DNA of 46,400 bases from a virus, in IMG/VR virus record IMGVR_UViG_3300004889_000001, positions 1 through 46,400 of that record, one strand, 5' to 3'. This document shows positions 7,569-17,700 of the stretch, in pieces. A program made the translations under genes and the position numbers. The notes under the pieces are model-generated. The model was given only the letters and a program-made list of their open reading frames with translations, ran no database searches and had not been told where the DNA came from. Within the stretch, counting starts at the first letter, position 1. Each line of letters opens with the position of its first letter.

Positions 7569-8528
7569 ATGGGCCTAAATATCAGAGAGTTTAAACCCGG
7601 ACAGCGGATAACTGAGCCTGGGGTTTATAAAATGAATATCAATGACTATCACTCAGATTGTTGTGATGCACCAAGCTTCTCATCAGGCGACTTGGTGACT
7701 ATCAGCCGTTCAGGTGAAGAGTATTGGGATAAATCACCGTACAATCCAGACAGAGAAAAGCCTAAACATAGACCCCATCTTTGCTTTGGTAACGCTGCAC
7801 ATGCGCGCATCTTGGATCCTGAAGGATGGCAGAACGATTATGTTCTAAGGCCGAAAGCTTTCAGATCTTGGCGAGGTGCAGAAGCCCAAGGTTGGCGCAC
7901 AGTTCAAGAGCGGGAAGGTAAAATAGCTATCACCGAGGAAGAGGTTCAAGTTGTCGACTATCTCGCAGATAAAATTCAAAAAGACCCAACCGCTCAGGCG
8001 ATTTTCTCAGACGGACATCCTGAATTGTCACTCTTTTGTAGATTTGAAGACATCTGGATTAAGGCGCGGCCGGACATCATGCCTATCTATGACCTTGCGT
8101 TTGAAACTGACTATAAAACCACGTCAGATAATTCGCTAACACAGGTTGATCGAGACATTGATAAGTGGGGATATGATCAAAAGTTAGCTAATATCGCTTG
8201 GGTGAAACGTCAGCTTAAAGACGACTTCCCTGATATACCGCCCGTTTCTGAGTGTGCGTTCAGCTTGATATTTCAGAAGTCATCACGCCCAGCAGGAATA
8301 ACGCCAGTTGATATATTCCCCGACGACATCCGTGATTTAACAGGCATCAATCTAAAAGCCGCATCAATTGCTGCCGCGTGTATGCGCGGAAATAAAGAAT
8401 GGGCAGGCTACACAGATATCATCCATCAATACCGCCCTAAGCCGTGGATTGTAAAACGCCGCCAAGATCTCGCTAGCGCGGGATATTACCCTTCCGTAGA
8501 CGACAACTTAAACATCATTGGAGAATAA
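7569..8528 (+). CDS. PD-(D/E)XK exonuclease, RecE/DUF3799-like
   Basis: GVYKMNINDYHSD...SFSSGDL...FGNAAHARILDPEGW..DY and ARPDI...ETDYKTT fit the PDDEXK exonuclease VIII-like pattern. It is paired with an annealing-protein gene. Confidence 0.7.
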   Translation: MGLNIREFKPGQRITEPGVYKMNINDYHSDCCDAPSFSSGDLVTISRSGEEYWDKSPYNPDREKPKHRPHLCFGNAAHARILDPEGWQNDYVLRPKAFRSWRGAEAQGWRTVQEREGKIAITEEEVQVVDYLADKIQKDPTAQAIFSDGHPELSLFCRFEDIWIKARPDIMPIYDLAFETDYKTTSDNSLTQVDRDIDKWGYDQKLANIAWVKRQLKDDFPDIPPVSECAFSLIFQKSSRPAGITPVDIFPDDIRDLTGINLKAASIAAACMRGNKEWAGYTDIIHQYRPKPWIVKRRQDLASAGYYPSVDDNLNIIGE

Positions 8529-8530
8529 AC

Positions 8531-9658
8531 ATGGGCAAGAAATCCATCAAAAAATTAGAGAAACAGCTGAAAAAAGCGAAAAAGCAGGAGAAGAAGGCCA
8601 AAAAACAGGCGCATATGTCCTCTCAGACGGTCCACAATAGCCAAAACGCGCTAATTGAGGTCAGTACACCGCAGACAGTCTCAAACCCCATAGCGCGGCT
8701 TATGCCGCAAGATACGGGCAGTCTCATGACCTTTGCTACCATGATGTCTAAAGGTCAGGATATGATCGGAAAACCGTTCAGAGGAAATGCAGGAGCATGT
8801 GCAGGTGTTACGTTGCAGGCTATCAGATGGGGTATGGACCCGTTTGCGTTATCCCTTGAGGCCTATTTGGTGAATGGAACAATGGGGTATTCTGGCAAGA
8901 TCATTGCAGGCGTAGTTAACACCCATCCTCTTCTCGCCAAGCGGTTACGTTATACCTATGAAGGTGAAGCGTCAGAACCGGTCAAAGTCGGAAACACTTG
9001 GCGCAGGAATGGTGACTTACGTGTTGTCGTCACAGGGTATCTTGTCGGAGAGGATGAACCGTTCATCTATAAGAGCCCTGAGATTAAGGACATAAAAATC
9101 CAAAACAGTCCTCTTTGGGCAGCGGACCCCGAGCAGCAACTTAAGTATTATGGCGCCCGAAATTGGGCAAGAGCTTACGTGCCTGAAATCATGGCGGGCA
9201 TCATCTCTCATGAAGAGGCAACCGTTCACGCTGATTTAAATAAGCCTGAAAAGACAAACACTCAAAAGCGTATTGAAAAAATGAATGAAGCCAAAGCCAA
9301 GGCAAAAGCTAAGGATGAAGCCGAAGACATCATTGACGCTGAAGTCATTGAAGAACAGACCGCGGATGAAGTTGTCCAGACCAAAGACGCGGATGTGGAA
9401 GAACCTGGAGAGGAGCCTGTTGAAGAAAACATGACAGATCCCCAATCCTCTTCAGGGGAAACCACAGACGCCGCGCTCTCACCAGAAGCTCTAGATTGGA
9501 TTGAAGCCTTAAGTGTCTTCAGCTCCGAAACCGAAATGGTGGACAATTGGGACGAACAGAAAAAACAACAATGGTGGAAAAATGCTAAAGAAAACGAGCG
9601 CAACACCATCATAGAGGCCAACAAATCATTCATCGATAATCTTAAAGGAGAAAACTAA
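8531..9658 (+). CDS. RecT/Redbeta-like single-strand annealing protein
   Basis: The core AGVTLQAIRWGMDPFALSLEAYLVNGTMGYSGKIIAGVV resembles RecT. There is a Lys-rich N-terminus and an acidic C-terminal tail. The gene is adjacent to the exonuclease gene. Confidence 0.55.
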   Translation: MGKKSIKKLEKQLKKAKKQEKKAKKQAHMSSQTVHNSQNALIEVSTPQTVSNPIARLMPQDTGSLMTFATMMSKGQDMIGKPFRGNAGACAGVTLQAIRWGMDPFALSLEAYLVNGTMGYSGKIIAGVVNTHPLLAKRLRYTYEGEASEPVKVGNTWRRNGDLRVVVTGYLVGEDEPFIYKSPEIKDIKIQNSPLWAADPEQQLKYYGARNWARAYVPEIMAGIISHEEATVHADLNKPEKTNTQKRIEKMNEAKAKAKAKDEAEDIIDAEVIEEQTADEVVQTKDADVEEPGEEPVEENMTDPQSSSGETTDAALSPEALDWIEALSVFSSETEMVDNWDEQKKQQWWKNAKENERNTIIEANKSFIDNLKGEN

Positions 9659-10056
9659 TGGACCGTATGGGAACCAAAACATTGAAGCCGTGGAGCAAAA
9701 TGTTCAAAGCCGAGCTTTTGAAAGAGCTGGCTTGGGAACATCAATGCCATATTGAAATGGACAAGCAAGCCGACAGAAATGCGATCGCGCGGGATAACCT
9801 TGAAGAAGATTTACGCCAAGTCCGTTTAAGTCTTCAGCAGGTCACAGCCCGGATGAACAGACTTGAAGGCTATGTGGATCGCATCAAAGACCAAGAAGCC
9901 ATTCAACTCCACATAACCGATCCAGATACAACCATCCTAAACCATCGACCATGCGGCGTCACAGATCCAAATATGAACACAAGAACAATCTACGAGCCGT
10001 TAGAAATGCGGACAGCAACCGCATGGGACACGTGGCTAGGGAGAGAAACAATATGA
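9658..10056 (+). CDS. Hypothetical coiled-coil protein (132 aa)
   Basis: Its start overlaps the upstream stop, and its stop overlaps the HNH start (ATGA). Confidence 0.5.
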   Translation: MDRMGTKTLKPWSKMFKAELLKELAWEHQCHIEMDKQADRNAIARDNLEEDLRQVRLSLQQVTARMNRLEGYVDRIKDQEAIQLHITDPDTTILNHRPCGVTDPNMNTRTIYEPLEMRTATAWDTWLGRETI

Positions 10057-10628
10057 CCGGACCCATTCACGTCATAACCGTGCCCGATGAGGTCAAACGC
10101 CGGCTTAAGCGCGCGGAGAGCAATCAACGCTCCCGCGCCAAAGCCCTAAATAAGAAGATCATCACCAGAAACAGCAGGGTTAAAGAAGCACATCAGTTGT
10201 CGCTCATTGTAATTGAGAAAATAGATATTGTTGAATTGTTCACAGAACAGGAATGGTCTTGCCAGTGTGATCGCGTTCACGGACGCCAGCCTTGCTTCAA
10301 ATATGTCGACATCACCAAGTCAGGCTACCACCCCGACGCTCCTGTAATTGGGCACATTAACAACCTCGACAATGGCGGGCATCACATCAGAGATAACGTA
10401 GGCGTAATGCGCCATGAGTGTAACATGGAAATCTGTCACACGATTGAGAAGAAACGCTCATCGAAGACAGAGCGCCTGAGACGCACACACAGCGGCGTTA
10501 AGAAGAATGGGCAGCAATACGTCAAAAAGCAGAAAAGCAAGATACCTGCGCGGCCTGGAGGACTACAGAGCCGTTCTAGCTTCGGTAATCAGAAACGGCC
10601 TTGGCCTAAGAGAAAGTTTGGACAATGA
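10053..10628 (+). CDS. HNH endonuclease (191 aa from the ATG at 10053)
   Basis: GHINNLDNGGHHIRDNVGVMRHECN matches the H-N-H motif. The ATGA overlap with the upstream gene supports the shorter start. Confidence 0.75.
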   Translation: MTGPIHVITVPDEVKRRLKRAESNQRSRAKALNKKIITRNSRVKEAHQLSLIVIEKIDIVELFTEQEWSCQCDRVHGRQPCFKYVDITKSGYHPDAPVIGHINNLDNGGHHIRDNVGVMRHECNMEICHTIEKKRSSKTERLRRTHSGVKKNGQQYVKKQKSKIPARPGGLQSRSSFGNQKRPWPKRKFGQ

Positions 10629-11008
10629 GAAACACACCACCCACACTAGAAGACCTAAAAGCCATGATCGCCCAAGTAGGTCAACTTCCATCAACTCCAT
10701 TGTCAATTTCGTTCAGCAACACAGCGGAAAGAGATTGCGCTATTGAGGCATGGCAAGCCAAAGAGCGTGAGATTGATGTTAATGGTACGCCCTCATTTCA
10801 ATGGCGAGGTGTTGAAATAAAAACCAACGCCAACATACCACGGGATCATATTGCAGTAATATATCCCGATCATATATCTTTGATTAACCTTACCACCGGC
10901 AAGGGCTTTAAGGTCGAAACAGGGATTAACTCAATTTTCAATCGCCCGATGAAGGTCGAAAGAAAGCCCCCTACTGCGATATGGACCGGTTGGGACTTTG
11001 GGTCGTGA
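10625..11008 (+). CDS. Hypothetical protein (127 aa)
   Basis: ATGA-type overlap with the HNH stop. No motif recognised. Confidence 0.5.
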   Translation: MRNTPPTLEDLKAMIAQVGQLPSTPLSISFSNTAERDCAIEAWQAKEREIDVNGTPSFQWRGVEIKTNANIPRDHIAVIYPDHISLINLTTGKGFKVETGINSIFNRPMKVERKPPTAIWTGWDFGS

Positions 11009-11319
11009 CACCAGCCCAACATAAAGCAGCAATGGACGCGGGAGACATCACCCACGTCCAAGCCAACATGAGAATGTATAGCTCTAAATATGGGGCAGGG
11101 GTTTTCAATCTCACGAAGATTACAGAGTTTGGGAAGACACACTTCCGATATCGGATTATGCCAGAAGGCCCGCAGTTTAAGGCAAAGTCCAAAGGCCAGA
11201 TTGTTCAGTTTTGGATCCGTGGACCAGTGGACGGATTTGAAACATCAAAAGCGGCCGTCGCAGAAGCGCACAAGACCCACAGCGTAAGGCTGAAACAGCA
11301 CATCAACAAAGCTAAGTAA
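10981..11319 (+). CDS. Hypothetical protein (112 aa; alternative GTG start at 11005)
   Basis: Last plus-strand ORF before the convergent junction. Its 3' end overlaps the minus-strand gene by 8 nt. Confidence 0.45.
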   Translation: MDRLGLWVVTPAQHKAAMDAGDITHVQANMRMYSSKYGAGVFNLTKITEFGKTHFRYRIMPEGPQFKAKSKGQIVQFWIRGPVDGFETSKAAVAEAHKTHSVRLKQHINKAK

Positions 11320-11896
11320 AACTCACATCCGAAACATATTCGCCAATCTTACGGCGAAGGCGGACCCCAACACGCACATCACTCACCGTTCCAGATACCG
11401 TTCTAGTTCTAAAACCTATCGGAGCAAAGCTTGTTGGGAAGGGCAATGAGTGAGGCGTAGAAAATTCTTCATATTTGTGAGAGTGGTTTACCACCCCGCC
11501 GCCATCGGTTTCGCTCGTAAGTGTAATTGAACAAACATCGTGATTTGTCGTATTTCCAGCGGTTGAAAATTGGCGGCAGTCAACAGTTACAGAAGCGCCA
11601 GCAGCATGAGTGTCCGCTTGCAAATACATCGCAAAGGCTTCCCAGCCCTCTTTACCATCATGCGGGATGCCAATGTAGCCAACTGCGCCATTACCGTAAG
11701 ACCACTCTGTCTGACCAGACGAAATTGTACCGTTTTCTTCAGCCCATATCTCACGATATTCAAATAGGTCTTTTTTCGTGACAGTTAAGGTGCCACCGGC
11801 AGGGGCATTCTCTAAAACAGAAACCCGCCCATGAAGATTTTCTAGCTTTTGGGCAGAAAGTTCATGGGCAGCTGTAGATTTTGGGACAAGAGCCAT
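11312..11896 (-). CDS. Fibre-associated or receptor-binding candidate (194 aa)
   Basis: The N-terminus KSTAAHELSAQKLENLHGRV parallels KNTLAFELVANKLNELKSGI of the neighbouring fibre gene. It is the last gene of the late block. Confidence 0.45.
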   Translation of the reverse strand: MALVPKSTAAHELSAQKLENLHGRVSVLENAPAGGTLTVTKKDLFEYREIWAEENGTISSGQTEWSYGNGAVGYIGIPHDGKEGWEAFAMYLQADTHAAGASVTVDCRQFSTAGNTTNHDVCSITLTSETDGGGVVNHSHKYEEFSTPHSLPFPTSFAPIGFRTRTVSGTVSDVRVGVRLRRKIGEYVSDVSFT

Positions 11897-11907
11897 TCAG
11901 GTTCAGT

Positions 11908-12498
11908 TTAGAACGTCAGAATTGCATTCATGGCAGCAACAGGGTCATAAGCCGCTTCATCTCCAATCGCATTAGAGTTTGCGAGAGCCGCAGCTGTGTT
12001 GGCTGTTACGTCTTGCAAACTACCAGCACCTATATTAGCGCGGGCCTGAGCTTGTTGAGTGGCAGTAAACGACTGAGCCGCATCAGCAGACACCAGACCC
12101 ATATCAGCCGCTTGAAGCGCAGCAATTGCATCCGCCAAATCAGATAGATCTTGACCTTCAGCCAGCGCAGCAACCGCAGACGCAATCTCCGCAGCGGTTT
12201 TGTTAGATGACCAGACTTTATCAGCAGCAGGCGCACCATCATCAATATCAGCCGCAGCGTTAGCAACAGCCAAAACCTCATTAAGCGCAGCAACTACGCT
12301 AGTCTGATCATTTGTATTCAGCGAGGATAAATCACCCGACGCGGCTGTAAGGGTTGCTGAAAGCTCATTGATAGCAGCCACAGCACTGGTTTTTGCAGTT
12401 GTGCTAAGTGTGGAGAGATCCCCAATCCCGCTTTTGAGTTCATTGAGTTTGTTTGCCACCAATTCAAAGGCGAGCGTATTTTTTGTAGTTAATGTCAT
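11908..12498 (-). CDS. Tail fibre protein with fibre repeats
   Basis: Contains the repeats DLSTLSTTAKTSAVAAINEL and DLSSLNTNDQTSVVAALNEV, and QQAQARANIGA, which are classic phage tail-fibre motifs. The protein is Ala-rich. Confidence 0.6.
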   Translation of the reverse strand: MTLTTKNTLAFELVANKLNELKSGIGDLSTLSTTAKTSAVAAINELSATLTAASGDLSSLNTNDQTSVVAALNEVLAVANAAADIDDGAPAADKVWSSNKTAAEIASAVAALAEGQDLSDLADAIAALQAADMGLVSADAAQSFTATQQAQARANIGAGSLQDVTANTAAALANSNAIGDEAAYDPVAAMNAILTF

Positions 12499-12507
12499 GT
12501 CATTTCC

Positions 12508-12729
12508 TTAAAATGTAAGAATACTCACGATGAGAGCGTGATTATCAGTTGTAGCAGGCCCAATATGGGCTTCTACTGTAGACTGGACCAAGGCTTCAAT
12601 TGTCGCCTCAATATCCGCAGGAACAGTCGCTTCTTGAGCAGGTGCAGAAGCCGCTATTAGGGTGCGCTTAGTGGCCGCCTGCAATTCGGCAGTCCTACTG
12701 CCTACCGGGAATTGATCGAACCTTGCCAT
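12508..12729 (-). CDS. Hypothetical protein (73 aa)
   Basis: Its C-terminus IVSILTF resembles the end of the 196-aa fibre protein (MNAILTF). Confidence 0.4.
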   Translation of the reverse strand: MARFDQFPVGSRTAELQAATKRTLIAASAPAQEATVPADIEATIEALVQSTVEAHIGPATTDNHALIVSILTF

Positions 12730-12768
12730 AAACCGCGAGTAACACAGGATTTTAAAATAGCAAAGACA

Positions 12769-13200
12769 CTAATCGAAAGGATTATACCACTTGCCGGGTT
12801 TTTCTTCTTCAATCACGTCATCCAACACGGTCTTCACATCCTCGATCGCCTGGATATAGTCGGCATGATTGGCCGCATCATCTTTTTCGTTCAGCTTCAC
12901 AGTGCTAGATAGCGTCGTGAACTTGTCCGCTAAAACAGGATAATGGGCGGAAACCGCAGCGTCTTGTTCAACAACGTCTCTAATCGTCTTAAATACCCCG
13001 CCAGACGTATCAGCAGGGAGTGTAAGGTTATGGAGGGTCGAGGGGATAACCGAGCAGGACGGCGCCGCTGGTAGGTTGTTCAGTTGTGTCCGGGCCTCCG
13101 AAAATCGCTTCATATCTACTTGAGGCCCCGACGCGCATCCCGTCAGACAAAAACTGAGGGTCAGTAATACAAGTGTTGGGAATATTCGCAGCATCTTCAA
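12769..13200 (-). CDS. Outer-membrane lipoprotein, probable o-spanin (143 aa)
   Basis: Signal peptide plus lipobox MKMLRIFPTLVLLTLSFCLTGC. Its start is embedded in the 3' end of the i-spanin gene in another frame (173-nt overlap). Confidence 0.6.
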   Translation of the reverse strand: MKMLRIFPTLVLLTLSFCLTGCASGPQVDMKRFSEARTQLNNLPAAPSCSVIPSTLHNLTLPADTSGGVFKTIRDVVEQDAAVSAHYPVLADKFTTLSSTVKLNEKDDAANHADYIQAIEDVKTVLDDVIEEEKPGKWYNPFD

Positions 13201-13525
13201 ATCCTTTATGATAACCTTCAGCTTTACCTTCTAAGCGACCTTGCCGCAATGCAGCCTCTTCAATAGCGGCCAAATTCACATTGGCTTGATTATTTGTCCG
13301 GACCTTGATTTTGTCAGACAGTTCATTGGCGATCCTATTCGTGTCCACCTCTACATCCACCGAGAGAGCATCCAGCTTGGCAGCCTGCTTTGCCTGCGCA
13401 CGTTCAAATGACTTGCCCTTTTGATGCCATCCCGCACCAAAGGAACCCGTTAGCAGGATAATTGCAACAGGAACCGCGACGGCCAGAATATTGCCACCAG
13501 TAGCAGCCGTGAGAAGTTTCAACAT
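13028..13525 (-). CDS. i-spanin (Rz-like)
   Basis: N-terminal transmembrane segment (NILAVAVPVAIILLTGSFGAGW) followed by a charged coiled coil. TAATG junction with the holin gene. Confidence 0.6.
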   Translation of the reverse strand: MLKLLTAATGGNILAVAVPVAIILLTGSFGAGWHQKGKSFERAQAKQAAKLDALSVDVEVDTNRIANELSDKIKVRTNNQANVNLAAIEEAALRQGRLEGKAEGYHKGFEDAANIPNTCITDPQFLSDGMRVGASSRYEAIFGGPDTTEQPTSGAVLLGYPLDPP

Positions 13526-13908
13526 TACCCGCCATCCTCACTAAGCTCTTTGGAGAGCATCTTGCTTTTATTTTGTGAAGACATCGAAGACCCAAAGAAC
13601 CAAGAGAGCCCTACCATCATTCCGCCTACCCAAGCCTGTAGAATGGTGCCGATAATAATGGCGCCTTGCCCATCAAGTTCATTGTTGGCGATATAGTAAA
13701 ACGTGACGCCAGAGACAATCAACGAGGCAACAACAAGCACCAAAACAAGTGTAAAGTGATAACGGTAACCCGTTTCCTTTGCCATGTCATAGGTACGCCC
13801 GCGTGTCGCGGCTTCCTTGACCTCTAAGCTTTGTTCAAACTCACTTTCACGTTGAATAAGAGCGTGATTATCAGGATGGCCAGTATCAGGGCCTTCTAGT
13901 TTACTCAT
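13525..13908 (-). CDS. Candidate holin (127 aa from the ATG at 13908)
   Basis: Two transmembrane segments (FTLVLVLVVASLIVSGVTFYYI and AIIIGTILQAWVGGMMVGLSWFF) and a charged C-terminus. ATGA overlap with the endolysin stop. Confidence 0.5.
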   Translation of the reverse strand: MSKLEGPDTGHPDNHALIQRESEFEQSLEVKEAATRGRTYDMAKETGYRYHFTLVLVLVVASLIVSGVTFYYIANNELDGQGAIIIGTILQAWVGGMMVGLSWFFGSSMSSQNKSKMLSKELSEDGG

Positions 13909-14393
13909 CTGACCAAACCCCTCATATAGATTTTCCCGTCCCAAGTTAATATCTTGCGGCGATTGTTTTCTGGACGCATCGCAAAATGGATCCACCCGCT
14001 ATTAGGTTTGCCAGGAGTATATCGCTCCAGAATAATTTCATCAAAATTGGGAATGTTTTTTGTCATCCAGTCTGCAACTTCGTAGTTATCTACACCGGGA
14101 ATTTCAAAGTCAGTGGCGCATCCAATAGAATGATTGCTAGTCGTTGAACCGCCAATAGCTTTATTGAGGGCAGGGCTTCTATATCCGCTTGAGGGGGCAG
14201 CGGGTTTTCCGAAATGACGGCGGGTTGGATCTAACCCCAAAATTGCAACGCGGGTTAGATTTGACGCAGCTGATAATGAAGGCTGGTTAGAAATACCAAG
14301 GCGTGTAGCTTCAGAAGACCTTAACAGCTCATGCCATGTGAAAAACTCTGAAGCCTGCCCTCTAAGCATTTTATTTCCCATCACCGTCAGCAT
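13905..14393 (-). CDS. Endolysin, peptidase M15 (D-Ala-D-Ala carboxypeptidase-like) family
   Basis: FTWHEL...SGYRSPALNKAIGGSTTSNHSIGCATDFE matches the M15 zinc-ligand motifs. Alternative ATG starts at 14381 and 14369. Confidence 0.8.
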   Translation of the reverse strand: MLTVMGNKMLRGQASEFFTWHELLRSSEATRLGISNQPSLSAASNLTRVAILGLDPTRRHFGKPAAPSSGYRSPALNKAIGGSTTSNHSIGCATDFEIPGVDNYEVADWMTKNIPNFDEIILERYTPGKPNSGWIHFAMRPENNRRKILTWDGKIYMRGLVR

Positions 14394-14658
14394 CTACATT
14401 GGCACCAACACCGCCGAAGTGCAGACCAACCGTTACCTCTTCACCGGCACTTAAAATCGTACAGTCAACAAATTCATCTTCATCAGATAAAGCAACTTTG
14501 ACTGTGAAATCTTTGGGCCAGCCTGCACGAATTACGGCAAGTCTAAGCTTTTCCTCCATAGGCGCAATGAATTCAGGGGTGATAACTACATCAGGTGCAG
14601 ACGTTGATAAAAACAACGCATCTGTTGCACGGTTAAACATTTTTTCAAGTTCAGTCAT
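14371..14658 (-). CDS. Hypothetical acidic protein (95 aa)
   Basis: ATG-initiated ORF between the ejection-protein gene and the endolysin gene. Confidence 0.5.
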   Translation of the reverse strand: MTELEKMFNRATDALFLSTSAPDVVITPEFIAPMEEKLRLAVIRAGWPKDFTVKVALSDEDEFVDCTILSAGEEVTVGLHFGGVGANVDADGDGK

Positions 14659-14712
14659 GGTATCCGTCCTTTATAGGTTTAAAGGCGGCTTATGCCATAA
14701 AAACAAAAATGT

Positions 14713-17700
14713 CTAGTTGTCGACACCAAGGGCTTTATTCAAACCCTCTTCAAACTCATCAAAGATACGGCGGATCCCGAGCGCATTCTGGAATGGAATA
14801 AGTCTACGTGCTCTGGCAGTATCTTTGTCTGTCCAATCCCCCTGAAACGCCGAACCTGTGACCGAAGAGAAATCGTCAACCAATCCCGCAGAGGGCCCTA
14901 GAATTGCACCTAAGACGTTTCTGGAAGCATATCTGGACGCGGGGCCTGAGTTCGTCAGAGCCGAAAGACCCACCTTCCCGCGCGTCACTTTCTCTGTAAC
15001 GTTGTTCACATCCATGAGCCAGCCAGTCATACCAGACCTATCAAACGCTTCAGTGAACCACTTGCCAGGATCTTCTTCAAAAGAAGGTGTTGCGCGGCCA
15101 GCTGCACTCTCTTTAATCTGATAAACCATAGCGCCAAGCGACATCATCATTACCATTCCCATCAAAGTTTCGGCATCCCTCTTTTGAAGGCCGGCAACCA
15201 TTATGGATTGCGCGGCATCAAATCCAAATGACTTGAATTGTCCAACAAGTTGACCTTGCGGCGTTGACATCCATGTTGGTTTTGAATTTTTTGGGGTAAG
15301 AATAATACGGTCTGTTTCCGCAGGAATGGCTTGGCGGATATTATCAGCAGCCGCACGGTCCTGCCATTGATCGAGGTTATAGGTCCGGTTCTTTTTAAAC
15401 TCAGGCGCATGTTCTTGAAGCATGGCGTGAATGCGTCCGGACATCTCGGGAGAGATATTCATTCTAGCCAATTCCGCGACGTGCGCTTTTTTCAATTTTC
15501 CAGCAGCAGACCTGCCAACCGCATCATGGATAAAGTCGGAAACCGTGGCGCCAACGATTTGCTTATTCAAAGCGTTCCAAGGCGTCATAAGGGTTGCAAT
15601 CCCGTACACTCGACTTGTCCCGTCTACAGCTTTTTCAAATTTACTTGAACCGCCCTCACCAACAAATGTCTCAGATAGGCTTTCTAGCCGGCTATCCCAA
15701 GCCATCTCAATTCCTACACCCATACCCCTAAGTTCTTTACGCGCGAAATTGAAGTTCTTGAAATTACCAATCATCTGCCCCCACCCCGCGGTGAACGGCC
15801 GGAAACCATATTTAAAAATAGGAATAGCTAAATCTGGAATGGCAGAGACAGTTTGAAATCCCAGCAGGCGTAGATAGTTTCCTGCCAGTGCGGCACGTTG
15901 ACCTTTCATCCAGATAGAATGCGGATCCCGAGGCGTAACCATCTCACCACGTACACGCTTGAGCATTGTCGCAACGTCATTTTGAACCTGCTTATGTTGT
16001 TTATCAAGCTTGCGCAGCTCTTTAGTAACGGTAGGGCTCTCAGTTACCAGCTTACGGAAATCATCATCAATAATTTGTTGGATATTCAGGAGCGATCCAG
16101 AACGGATTGTTGCCTTATCGGCATCCGATAAATGGTCCAATTTTCCATCATTCAAAACTTTAGCCGCATGACCAGTTAGGGCTTTAGCGCGCTTTAATTC
16201 AAATGCGTCATCATACTTTTCAAGTTGTCGGCGCATATCCGTGTGACCAAATTTTCGAACCAGTTCCATATCAACCATAGTCGTGCGAGCGTATTTACGG
16301 CCGACATCTGTAATATCAGTATTACGAAAATCACGGGTCTTGCGTGGATCAACGGACAGGGTACGCTCTTTTAAAGGGCCTCTAGGGCCAGATAGCACAC
16401 TATCGGGCAGTTGGGTCCGAGAGGCACCTAATATCGTGTCAGTGACTTCCTTAGCCAATTCTCGGGCCAATACAGGATCATTGGCTTCAGATAGTTTACG
16501 CAGAGTTTCCACCTTGGCCTCTAAACGCTCTAATCTATCTGCTTCCACCTTACCAAACCGAGGACGGGTTGTGACGCCAGAGCGGTCCATCTCTTTAAAT
16601 TCAGCTTCGAGTTCTTCTAAAGTTCTGGCATTAGGATCAAGTTGACCGCCTCTACCTTCAGGAAGGCGTACTTCTGCCGGTTTTCCCACACTACGATTTC
16701 CAGTATGTTGACCGCCAAACCTAGCGCCGCCGACACGATCACCAAATATAGTTTTGGCATTAGGAAATTCTTGCTTGAAGGCCCGTAAAGCTCCGCGAAT
16801 AACAGATGGACCCAAGGTATTAAACGCAGTTTCATTTGGGACACCTTCAGAGGCAAAGATGTTATCCACTTCAATTCCCCTGTCCGTTTCCTTAAATACA
16901 ACAGCCGCAAGATTACGGCCGTCTTTCATAATATACCGAACAGAAAACCCGTCTTCAGCAGAATGAATACCAAAACTATCATCCGCCGCAGGCTTTGCCA
17001 AAGAAACTTGAGAGGATACAAAGTCGCTTTGTGATGGCCCAGGATCATCTCTTTGAAATCTTTGGATGTCCTGCAAATCAACTTCATCAAGCGTCAGAAG
17101 ACGTTGACGAATGCGATCATTAGAGAGGACGTGGAAATCAATATTGTGTTCATCAAGAAAACGTCCAAGGCTTTCGGCAGCACCCACTTCATCCGATAAT
17201 TGTTGAAGCTGTTCAGCCGTTCTAACTGGATCAAAGCCAACTTCTCTCCGGATAAAGTCGATAAGTTCATTAGGATCAGCAAAGCTATTTTCTATATTTT
17301 GGATATTGTCACGAAGGACATCAAATTCCTCCACCACAATATCATCCATAGACTTACGACCACCCTTCTTAAATAAACCAGGAGCCGTGCGAGAGGTGAC
17401 ACCAGCATGACGCAGTTCACCAGCCAATACGCTATCAGGATCCACGCCGCCGCGGTCTTTAAGGATGTCTATGATAGGTCTTTTGGGAAGCGTGAGTTCA
17501 ATACCCCCGCCCCCATTACGCACCAAGTCCAGCATCCTATTATCTGGTAGCGAGGCTTCTACTTCAGCACGTTGTTGCTTCAGCTTCAGCAAATCTTCAG
17601 ACGCAAGGTTCAGCTCATTGGCAGCATTACCCGCCTTCGCCTCAAAATCATCTGCGAGGATCTTTTCCCATTCTGGACGCCGCGCAATAATGGCTTCAGC

